IMG/VR virus record: IMGVR_UViG_3300029725_000150
Span: 2,142 to 66,141 of that record
Strand: one strand, 5' to 3'
Length of the DNA stretch: 64,000 nt
Source: a virus
Positions within the stretch are counted from its first letter, which is position 1, and each line of letters opens with the position of its first letter. Shown piece after piece: positions 47,908-55,718 of the stretch. The notes beneath the pieces are model-generated. The model was not told the origin of the DNA. It did no database searches and worked only from the letters and a program-made list of their open reading frames with translations. Position numbers and translations under genes: made by a program.

Positions 47908-48360
47908 TTAACCTCCTTTTACCAATTCTAGATTATCATAAACATTACCTATTACTTTAATTTCTCTTTTATAATCAGTCCACCAGCAAGGACTAACTTG
48001 CTGCCAATAACTAGTTTTAAGATCACAGTCCAAATCCGTAAGATTAGCCAAGCAATAACTCGCCCATTCATCTATGTACCTAATCAATTTAGGATATTTG
48101 CCATTCACGCTGATAATGTCCCCCTCGTAAATCTCCTTTCTGCTCTTGTCTTTTAAGCCTGTGAACTGGCCTATAGTTGTTTCATCGCACATAACTCCAG
48201 ACAATTGAAAGAAGTGAGTATCACCTCTAAAATTATACTCTCTCTCAACATACAGTTCATTCTGCTGGTCTATAATGCAATAGTCGTCGGCTTGAACCAA
48301 TCCACCATACGCCCATTTATCATTATCAATACGCTTCGCTCTGAATTTAATCTCACGCAT
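47908..48360 (-). CDS. YopX-family protein
   Basis: N-terminal MREIKFRA and C-terminal IGNVYDNLELV match the YopX hallmark ends. Strong Shine-Dalgarno sequence AAAGGAGGA upstream. Confidence 0.65.
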   Translation of the reverse strand: MREIKFRAKRIDNDKWAYGGLVQADDYCIIDQQNELYVEREYNFRGDTHFFQLSGVMCDETTIGQFTGLKDKSRKEIYEGDIISVNGKYPKLIRYIDEWASYCLANLTDLDCDLKTSYWQQVSPCWWTDYKREIKVIGNVYDNLELVKGG

Positions 48361-48784
48361 TTGATCCTCCTTTCTCTGTTAAATAGTTATTATTCAAGTG
48401 ACCTCTCTTGATGAGCCACTCGATAGCGTCAACCACATTGTCCATCAGATTCTCTTTGTCGAAGGATTTTGCGCAATTGTAAGTATTGTCACCTTCCCCG
48501 TCCTTGATCCAGTCCGATGCGTACATTAACTCAACGAAATTTCCGGATAGGTAATAAACCATCCCGTCAATATCATCTTGGTATGATTTAGGCATCATGT
48601 CTATCAGCTTGGATAGAGACCAAGCCGGGAATGCCATATCTTGACCCACGTGCCCTTCAATCCTTCTATATTCAAATGCGACCGGCAATTCAAACTCATC
48701 CAAATACATGTCTGCCGTATCCAGTCTCACCCCGGCCTCTAATAGCCGGGATGATTGTTCTTTATTCGTGCAAATTTGATTCAT
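48353..48784 (-). CDS. hypothetical protein (143 aa)
   Basis: ORF track. Confidence 0.45.
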   Translation of the reverse strand: MNQICTNKEQSSRLLEAGVRLDTADMYLDEFELPVAFEYRRIEGHVGQDMAFPAWSLSKLIDMMPKSYQDDIDGMVYYLSGNFVELMYASDWIKDGEGDNTYNCAKSFDKENLMDNVVDAIEWLIKRGHLNNNYLTEKGGSNA

Positions 48785-48785
48785 A

Positions 48786-49409
48786 TTATCTAAAACTAGG
48801 CATTAATATTACATTTATCCCATTCTCGAACCTAAACAGGTTAGGTCCAGATGAAGGGTTCGAAACAAGAACACAAGAGGTGATATCAATAAGCTTCATG
48901 AGATTTATCATTTTAAGCACACGCCCGGATTTAAAAGGATTCCCGTGTATGTCAATGTCATATTGGGGATCTTTTATCATTTCCCCGGTCTCGCATAAAT
49001 GACCCTCTCCACGACATACGGGGCATTCCTCCTCTTCCGTATAGATTATATCATCAAAACAAAACTCATAATCAACCATCCCGGTACCTGCGCAAGCCTC
49101 GCACTTATACGTTTCATTTATCATCGGAACGTCATCGTACAATTCCTTCAACCAAGACAATTCTATGATCTCATGGCATTCTTTCCTTATATTCAACACA
49201 GATGATACATCTGGCTTGTCTTGATACGGATACCTAAGACCTATCAAGGATATAGGTATTGTTATAAGCGTGATAGCGTCAGTGGCACATACCATGTCTC
49301 CTTGTTTGAACGCTTGGTTTAATGCTGGTCTATACTTGTCGTTACCGACAAATAAATTGAGGATTTTTGTTTCATTTTTCATATTTATCCCTCCTGAATA
49401 ATTACGCAT
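48786..49409 (-). CDS. protein with DnaJ-type CxxCxGxG zinc-finger pair
   Basis: CEACAGTG and CPVCRGEG. Shine-Dalgarno sequence AGGAGGGA upstream. Confidence 0.5.
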   Translation of the reverse strand: MRNYSGGINMKNETKILNLFVGNDKYRPALNQAFKQGDMVCATDAITLITIPISLIGLRYPYQDKPDVSSVLNIRKECHEIIELSWLKELYDDVPMINETYKCEACAGTGMVDYEFCFDDIIYTEEEECPVCRGEGHLCETGEMIKDPQYDIDIHGNPFKSGRVLKMINLMKLIDITSCVLVSNPSSGPNLFRFENGINVILMPSFR

Positions 49410-49534
49410 TCAATTTGCTCGTCCCATGTTACATCCACCGGATCGTACTCATACTCTCCATCGGACGTGCGGATCATTACCTCCGCTTCCGGATCTTGCT
49501 CTTGTAATAGAGCGATTAGTTCTTTATTTCTCAT
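49385..49534 (-). CDS. small hypothetical protein (49 aa; MRNKELIALLQEQDPEAEVMIRTSDGEYEYDPVDVTWDEQIECVIIQEG)
   Basis: Below the ORF-track size cutoff. GGAGGTGA Shine-Dalgarno sequence 3 nt upstream. Start overlaps the upstream stop (ATGA). Confidence 0.3.
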   Translation of the reverse strand: MRNKELIALLQEQDPEAEVMIRTSDGEYEYDPVDVTWDEQIECVIIQEG

Positions 49535-49875
49535 GATTCACCTCCTTCCTTCAATTTAGCTATGAGCGCATCGGCAAAAGCTACGGCATATTCTGCTTGT
49601 GTTTTAAAAGCGCCTTCATAGACTTCTCTGCTTGAATTACTAAGAAACGCTGCCATCATTTCTTTTGCAATCTCATATCTGCGTTGTTCCCAATCAACGG
49701 CTTTATTCTCCGTCTTATCTATAACTTCTAGATTCTCTAGAGCGTTGAGTTCCTGTATGAGATCAAGCCCCTCGGAATCCACATAGCGCACCCAATCCTT
49801 TTCAGGACAGGCTTCAGAAGATTTGAAGGCGATAACATCAACGATCTCCCCAGTCTTTCTTATTTTCGCTTTCAT
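49531..49875 (-). CDS. hypothetical protein (114 aa)
   Basis: ORF track. Confidence 0.45.
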   Translation of the reverse strand: MKAKIRKTGEIVDVIAFKSSEACPEKDWVRYVDSEGLDLIQELNALENLEVIDKTENKAVDWEQRRYEIAKEMMAAFLSNSSREVYEGAFKTQAEYAVAFADALIAKLKEGGES

Positions 49876-49876
49876 A

Positions 49877-50704
49877 TCAAAACAATGTTTTCTCTAAATC
49901 ATAATTAATCCAAATCACCTCCTGTACCTCACTGCTCCGGATGTTATTCTTCTTGACCGGGAACTTTATCATGTTCCAATCCCCGTACAACTCCCGCATC
50001 AACGGACAGTCATAACTACTTATCATGGCCTTGCCTTTGATCGAATGCAAACGATCGGAAAGTTCACGATGCTTATCGTCAGAGAACTCGTACTTGTAAT
50101 CATTCGAAGAGGCCCGGCACTCAAGCGGATAGGGTGGGTCGGCGTAAAAGAAAGCGTTTGGGAAATCAAGCCGATCAATGCAATCCTTATAGTCCAGATT
50201 GGTGATCTGGAAATTGCCCCTGATCACCTCTGCGACCTCATGCAGTTTCTCTATCGCGTTGTTCCATCGGGATACGGTCTCACCACCTCTAGCGTTAACA
50301 TGGCTCTTGGCGCAATGCCATCCCTTGTTTTTTCGTTGCGCTCCCAGCCCGAAGAATGATTGCCGGATACGGACGTAAAACCTCCTTGCACGCTCTATCT
50401 TATCCCCGGAAGGTTCCCATGAGTTATTATACTCCAGTTCGGAGCATGGGGTTAACAGCAATAACCTTGTCAACTCCGGCTCATGATCCCTTAATACCTC
50501 GAAGAAGTTGGTTATATCCCCGTTTATCTCGTTTGCTGTCTTAATGATCCTTCCCGGATAATTGAGAGAAACGGCCATGCTTCCGGCGAACAGATCGACC
50601 AGATGGGTGAAATCTCTTGGAAAGTTGGCGTACAAATACTCTAACCAAGTGAATTTACCTCCAAAGTAATTGAAGGCTATAAGTTTATTTCTGTTTCCGC
50701 TCAT
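49877..50704 (-). CDS. Dam-like N6-adenine DNA methyltransferase
   Basis: N-terminal NYFGGKF (AdoMet-binding motif) and FFYADPPYPLE (DPPY catalytic motif). Confidence 0.8.
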   Translation of the reverse strand: MSGNRNKLIAFNYFGGKFTWLEYLYANFPRDFTHLVDLFAGSMAVSLNYPGRIIKTANEINGDITNFFEVLRDHEPELTRLLLLTPCSELEYNNSWEPSGDKIERARRFYVRIRQSFFGLGAQRKNKGWHCAKSHVNARGGETVSRWNNAIEKLHEVAEVIRGNFQITNLDYKDCIDRLDFPNAFFYADPPYPLECRASSNDYKYEFSDDKHRELSDRLHSIKGKAMISSYDCPLMRELYGDWNMIKFPVKKNNIRSSEVQEVIWINYDLEKTLF

Positions 50705-50743
50705 GATTATTTGATCTTGATTACTCTCATCATAGATGAATGA

Positions 50744-50980
50744 TTAAACCTTATTTGTTTTAGCAAAAACTACGCTCTCATGATCCGGCCTCAGATGGGC
50801 CATGCAAGCCTTGCTGTACTCGCAAAATCTCGCATCCTCGTCCCGGAAGACGCATCCCCTGCACGGGATATTGTTCTGCCCGTTGTAGTACGGGCTGTAT
50901 TTTTCCACGACAATTTTCATGTCTCCTACCAACACGATCAAACCGATAGGGGTGTTTCTCAATCTCTCTGTTATTTCCAT
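50744..50980 (-). CDS. small Cys-containing hypothetical protein (78 aa)
   Basis: ORF track; CRGC...C pattern. Confidence 0.4.
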   Translation of the reverse strand: MEITERLRNTPIGLIVLVGDMKIVVEKYSPYYNGQNNIPCRGCVFRDEDARFCEYSKACMAHLRPDHESVVFAKTNKV

Positions 50981-50981
50981 G

Positions 50982-51770
50982 TTATCTTCTCCTGCTTTCT
51001 CCGTTTAGGACTATCACGTTAAAACTTTTGAACCTGTCTACCAGCCTATCTCCGAAGCGATTCTTGAAATCCGTGACGGATAGGTTGGAAGTGATATGAT
51101 ACTTCTTCTGATGGGACTGGTATATCTCGTACCTCGCGTATAGGAACTCGTTTATTACGCTGTCAAGGCTGGTGCCGTAGCTTTTCTGGTTCTCCGTCTC
51201 AAGACCGATATCGTTAAGGCAGATATCGAACGGGTTCCCTTCCATGCTCCCTTTCCCGGCCTCCTCGTTGTACGTGAACCTGTCTATGTGACCATGGATC
51301 TTGTAATAGTTCATCATCTGGGTCACGGATAGGTTCACGAAGCGTTTGGGGTTATCCGTCAATTTCAGGTAATCGGCGAATATCTGCATCATGAGCGTTT
51401 TGCCCGTTCCCGGATCTCCCACGATAAGGAGGTTCTTGTGCAGCTTATAGTTCTCCTCCGGGAATACGGACTCGGCCAACGGGCAATCGTTGAAATAATA
51501 CAACAGGAATCTCAAAACCTTGTCATTCCCCCTGTCTGTCTCGAATTGCCGCCTCTCGATCCCTAGGTAATTACAACCGAGCGCCTTTATCATCCGGGCG
51601 TGGCTGATGTACTCCGTATCGTCCGAGAGATCGTACCTAGAAACGTTCTGTATAGTCCTTGCGTGCTTCTTCACTAGGTTGAACACCTGTTTTTGCTGGA
51701 GCCTCTCTTTTTCCGTAGGCCCCCGCATGGCTTGTATAGCCTCCGAAAGTTTCTTTTCTTGTTCCTCCAT
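50982..51770 (-). CDS. DnaC/IstB-like AAA+ helicase loader
   Basis: Walker A LLIVGDPGTGKTLMM. Located next to the replication-initiator-like gene. Confidence 0.7.
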   Translation of the reverse strand: MEEQEKKLSEAIQAMRGPTEKERLQQKQVFNLVKKHARTIQNVSRYDLSDDTEYISHARMIKALGCNYLGIERRQFETDRGNDKVLRFLLYYFNDCPLAESVFPEENYKLHKNLLIVGDPGTGKTLMMQIFADYLKLTDNPKRFVNLSVTQMMNYYKIHGHIDRFTYNEEAGKGSMEGNPFDICLNDIGLETENQKSYGTSLDSVINEFLYARYEIYQSHQKKYHITSNLSVTDFKNRFGDRLVDRFKSFNVIVLNGESRRR

Positions 51771-52515
51771 ATCTTTGATTATAAGCCCTTAGTCCTGTTC
51801 CTTGCCACCAATAGGTGAATCGTCTCTTAACGTCATCTATCGTTTTTAGCGTATCGCCCTCCCCGGTGGATACCATCCAAGCTAGGAAGTTATCCAGCTC
51901 GCCGGGAATGAGGTCATTGAAAGCGACGCTCAATCCCGATATCTGGCAAGCGTATCTGCGCCATTCCTCGTCCCCCAATAACTCATTCTTGAAATTCTCG
52001 AAAAGCGTCTCACGCGTATTAAGACTCTCTCTTAAAGTATTATCTTTATTATTATTTGGGTTATCGCTGGGTTGGCACTGGGTTGTTCTATGGGATATCA
52101 ATTGAGTTATCAAACTCTCTAAGTCGTTTATTGAAAGGTTGTTTACTGGGTTGCTTTGTGGGTTGCTTGTTGGGATATTACCATTGTATTCGTTGTATTT
52201 AACAAGAGTTATGACATTCATCCCTTGGCTTTTATCCGTAGTTATCATTCCTTTCCGTTTTAACTTGGCAAGAAATGTCTTGACTTTTTGTTCTCCCCAT
52301 TTCCATTTACCAGCGAGGAAACGGTTTGAAGCCGGATATTGTCCTCTCCCATATGTTATTTCTCTACCTCCGATACATTCAATCGTGTCGGTTGCCTCAA
52401 ATCGTGCCGATTGTATTAGATCAAGCCACGCTTCGCACTCCGAGAATGTCCGGGCTGCTTCCCACATTTCATTAGAAAAAAACTTACGAGAGAGCATAAT
52501 GAAACCCTTATCCAT
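51637..52515 (-). CDS. putative replication initiator / replisome organiser
   Basis: The N-terminal winged-helix-like region (FSNEMWEAARTFSECEAWLDLI...) is characteristic of phage replication proteins that pair with a DnaC-like loader. Pro/Asn-rich linker. Confidence 0.5.
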   Translation of the reverse strand: MDKGFIMLSRKFFSNEMWEAARTFSECEAWLDLIQSARFEATDTIECIGGREITYGRGQYPASNRFLAGKWKWGEQKVKTFLAKLKRKGMITTDKSQGMNVITLVKYNEYNGNIPTSNPQSNPVNNLSINDLESLITQLISHRTTQCQPSDNPNNNKDNTLRESLNTRETLFENFKNELLGDEEWRRYACQISGLSVAFNDLIPGELDNFLAWMVSTGEGDTLKTIDDVKRRFTYWWQGTGLRAYNQRYGGTRKETFGGYTSHAGAYGKREAPAKTGVQPSEEARKDYTERF

Positions 52516-52518
52516 ATA

Positions 52519-52959
52519 TTAAAAATCAAAATCCGGAGACTCTCCGCTCTGCAAGGACTTTAGTTTCTGGTCTACAAGGTGGTTTACATCCCATATGTTT
52601 ACAGGTTGTATTTGCAGGTTCTCCGCCATTTGCCTTGCTACTTCCTCGGAGACAGGATTTATAGCGTATATGGCCCCCGATGAGAGAAAGCGGGTGAAAC
52701 CGGGCTGGTTACTTGTATCTGGAACGTCTACCCGAAGCATATTGGTACCGGCCACGTTCTGTTCCGTACATCTTCCCGCTATCCTTGAATGGCCGAATAA
52801 CTCGACCACGCACCATAAATCAAATTTCTCTTGTTCCATATTATCTTCTCTTTTTAAAAGTGTTACAAAATCTCGTGGAGTTAGCGACTCTTCCAGCATC
52901 ATGTATGATGCACCAAACGCATAGCCCCTTGTGAGGATGTCCGTTGGCGCAATCGCCAC
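52519..52959 (-). CDS. hypothetical protein (146 aa)
   Basis: ORF track. Confidence 0.45.
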   Translation of the reverse strand: MAIAPTDILTRGYAFGASYMMLEESLTPRDFVTLLKREDNMEQEKFDLWCVVELFGHSRIAGRCTEQNVAGTNMLRVDVPDTSNQPGFTRFLSSGAIYAINPVSEEVARQMAENLQIQPVNIWDVNHLVDQKLKSLQSGESPDFDF

Positions 52960-52997
52960 ATTTCACCTTTTCTTGCTCGTCTTTCTTCTTCGCCATA

Positions 52998-53495
52998 TCA
53001 CCAAGTCTTTATTTTTATTGGTAGATCGGCGTACCACCAAGCCAGAATCGTAGCGTCACGTTGGTCTTGGTTCGTTCTCTTAGGCAAGGGACCGACTATG
53101 TAGGAGAGTTCCTCATGGGTTATCTTGCCCTCGTCCCCTTTCCAATGCTTGGTCAAAGGCTTTACCTCCTCGCAGGGAATCCCTATGTGCTCGCACATCT
53201 GGAGAAGCAATATCCCGGTTTGCTGGTTACGACCTACATACTTGGCTATCCTCTCGCCGGATTTACCCCTAGCCTTATGGAAGTTGCTTTTTTCGTTAAG
53301 CCATCCGGCCTCGACAATGACCACTATGTCTATCCCCTTGTATCTCTCTCTTGCCTCCTTTATGAAATCGACCAACACAGGGAAGGGGAGGCTCTTTAGA
53401 ATTAGCTGTCTCGTTGAAGGAGACAGTACGCATATACCGGATTTATCTATGTCCGGGTCAACGGCTATCACTAAATCATGTTTTTTCTTTCCCAC
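52998..53495 (-). CDS. RuvC-like Holliday junction resolvase
   Basis: N-terminal LVIAVDPDIDKSGICVL resembles the RuvC catalytic Asp block. 165 aa. Confidence 0.6.
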   Translation of the reverse strand: MGKKKHDLVIAVDPDIDKSGICVLSPSTRQLILKSLPFPVLVDFIKEARERYKGIDIVVIVEAGWLNEKSNFHKARGKSGERIAKYVGRNQQTGILLLQMCEHIGIPCEEVKPLTKHWKGDEGKITHEELSYIVGPLPKRTNQDQRDATILAWWYADLPIKIKTW

Positions 53496-53721
53496 GAATT
53501 CCTCCTTTCTTTATCGTTTATTAGTAAGAATACGGCCAATATCAATGCGATCAGTCCTAGTATCGCGGTGATAAGGTATATGGCCATTGTCAAGTGATCT
53601 AAATTCTGTATTGTTTCCATAATTATATGTTTGTTATTCGTGGACGGTGCCGGGATCGAACCGGCCTCTTTACGTCATGCGCACTCCGTAACGTTTCATC
53701 CCGGAATACTTACCGCCCGAA

Positions 53722-53752
53722 ATCCCCGCGTATCCTCACGGACGGCGGGGAT
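53722..53752 (+). repeat. hairpin ATCCCCGC/GCGGGGAT with TCCTCACGGAC loop motif
   Basis: Same loop motif as the hairpins at 19138-19173 and 59851-59879. Confidence 0.4.
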
Positions 53753-53800
53753 AAAAACTAAATCTAATACCATGAAAAACACACTCTAATATTAATATCC

Positions 53801-54613
53801 TTAGTTCTGAATCTTTATTAAATCGGGTATCGCTCCATAAATGGGGGTACGACCATCCCATTTGTCGATAAACTGCTTATAAAGAATTTCTTTAGTCAAT
53901 CCTCTCGAGGTGATTAACGCTTGTTCCGTTTTCAATTGCTCCAACTCGTTGCGTTTCCGTTGCTCCGCTATCTGCTGGTCTAAAACCGAAATATTGGTGT
54001 TAACTTCATTCCTACTATCAATTTTCTCGCGAACCGCCTTGGAAAACTCTAATTGCGCCGAGAATGTGAGTAATTGAAGACCTCTTTTCTCGAATTCCTT
54101 ATCTACAATCTGCTCAAGGCGTTTCTCAAAAAGAAGCGAACCTCCATCAGCCATTAAGCTGTCGGTCTTATGTTTACGGCTTTCCTCCTTGATCAGGTCA
54201 TAGATGCGAGGTTCTAGTATGTTATCCTCCAATGATTGCATGAAACCGTCTTTGCCTGATTCCGTATCGGCCTTGTCTATGTGCTTGTTATCGAAAACAA
54301 CGTCTATTGCCCTGTTTTTGATAACCTTGTAGGAGTAAGTGGGGCGTGCGTTAAACTCCGTATTGTCTGCGGCTTTTAACGTGACAGGGCTTCCGAACTC
54401 GCCTCGTTGGTCGAATAGCGGGACTTGAAATAATTCCGTGCCCCATTCCCAAGTTGAAACCCTGCCTGATACGACCTTGAAATCCTCCTTCCCTTGTTTC
54501 CCGTAATTTTCCATCAATACCCCAGCGTAATTAGGTGCTACACGTTCACAAGAGGATAAAAATACCATAGCGATTATCGCTATAGTAAAAAACTTAAAAC
54601 TTGTCCTTTTCAT
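53801..54613 (-). CDS. SPFH/band-7-like lipoprotein
   Basis: Signal peptide with lipobox FLSSC. The body resembles an SPFH domain followed by a coiled coil. Confidence 0.5.
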   Translation of the reverse strand: MKRTSFKFFTIAIIAMVFLSSCERVAPNYAGVLMENYGKQGKEDFKVVSGRVSTWEWGTELFQVPLFDQRGEFGSPVTLKAADNTEFNARPTYSYKVIKNRAIDVVFDNKHIDKADTESGKDGFMQSLEDNILEPRIYDLIKEESRKHKTDSLMADGGSLLFEKRLEQIVDKEFEKRGLQLLTFSAQLEFSKAVREKIDSRNEVNTNISVLDQQIAEQRKRNELEQLKTEQALITSRGLTKEILYKQFIDKWDGRTPIYGAIPDLIKIQN

Positions 54614-54769
54614 TCTTGATAAAATTAAATAGTTTGTAAATTATAAATAATGAACTAGTTAACATAATGACTATTCCTAGCCATGCGTCAACATGGTTAA
54701 AAACTCTGTTCCCTGCCGGAATAAAGGCTATGGCCAATATCAATACCCAATGTTTGTTGATAAAATTTC

Positions 54770-55423
54770 TCATATTTGTTGGTTTAGTGCCTCATTGTAT
54801 AAAGGCATGATTAATCCGATACTGCTTACGTCTTCTACCATGCTGTCAAAAATGATGGCATCGTTAACGCCCTTGAAAGTAGCCGTGCATCGTTCGCATT
54901 CATATAAAGCTTTCCTCATTATGTCGAATAAGCCCATGTTAAAGGATATTTGAGGAAGCGGAACGCTGGGTTTTGCCTGATAATTTTGTATCACTTTCTC
55001 TGCGTCTGGATATTTTAAGTTCTCATCCGCGAAATAGAAGAACGCCTTGTCATTCTTCTTATGGCACTCTATTCCGTCATCAGAGATAAGGATGTCATCA
55101 TATTTCAACATGTCCTTAAAAAATAGACTATGCAGTAATTTGCCGTCTAACGCCTGTATCATGGCTTCGTCAAGGTTTGAGCATTCGGATATCCTGTTTT
55201 TAACGATAATATGTCCGTCACTGGCGTAGGCCCAATCTCCCTTGAAATATACGCATTCCATAGCGGGACGGTTATCGTCCTTTGCGCAAGCCAAAAACAT
55301 TTGTACGTTCTTGTCAAAGTTGTAAGAACCTTCTTTTCTCTTTCCCATATCATTAATATTTAATATTATATTTTCTTCTTTCGTATTGTGGGACATACCC
55401 TTTGCAAGGAGTATTCCCGTCAA
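54770..55423 (-). CDS. hypothetical protein (217 aa)
   Basis: ORF track. Confidence 0.45.
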   Translation of the reverse strand: MTGILLAKGMSHNTKEENIILNINDMGKRKEGSYNFDKNVQMFLACAKDDNRPAMECVYFKGDWAYASDGHIIVKNRISECSNLDEAMIQALDGKLLHSLFFKDMLKYDDILISDDGIECHKKNDKAFFYFADENLKYPDAEKVIQNYQAKPSVPLPQISFNMGLFDIMRKALYECERCTATFKGVNDAIIFDSMVEDVSSIGLIMPLYNEALNQQI

Positions 55424-55524
55424 GTAAGGCCGATTCCGGCCTCACAGTTTCCCCTTCTTTTTTAGACGGGTCTGTCCAATGCCTCTGCCGTTGATGGCAA
55501 AGGCAATGTCTTTTAGAACATGCC

Positions 55525-55713
55525 TCATTGAGGCAGAATATCAGTTCTTTCATCTTGGATTATTTTCTCGAGTTTCTTTAGATCCTTTTTGGCTAATCTT
55601 ACGGTATCGGCTATCCTTGGTCTTCCCTTGGAATCCACGTGTTCTAGGATAACTGATAGATGGCGGGACAGTGTTTTAATGAAAGACTCGGATAGCTGGT
55701 ACCTTTTAACCAT
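55525..55713 (-). CDS. small hypothetical protein (62 aa)
   Basis: ORF track; immediately upstream of the FtsK-like gene. Confidence 0.35.
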   Translation of the reverse strand: MVKRYQLSESFIKTLSRHLSVILEHVDSKGRPRIADTVRLAKKDLKKLEKIIQDERTDILPQ

Positions 55714-55718
55714 GGCCG

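Noticed and set aside
53640-53730. Possible minus-strand tRNA ending in the T-arm GCCGG-TTCGATC-CCGGC with acceptor-like pairing GGGCGGT/ACCGTCC
   Set aside because: The 78-nt candidate has no foldable D arm or 7-nt anticodon loop; the internal hairpin TTACG...CGTAA has a 12-nt loop. Not reported as a tRNA.
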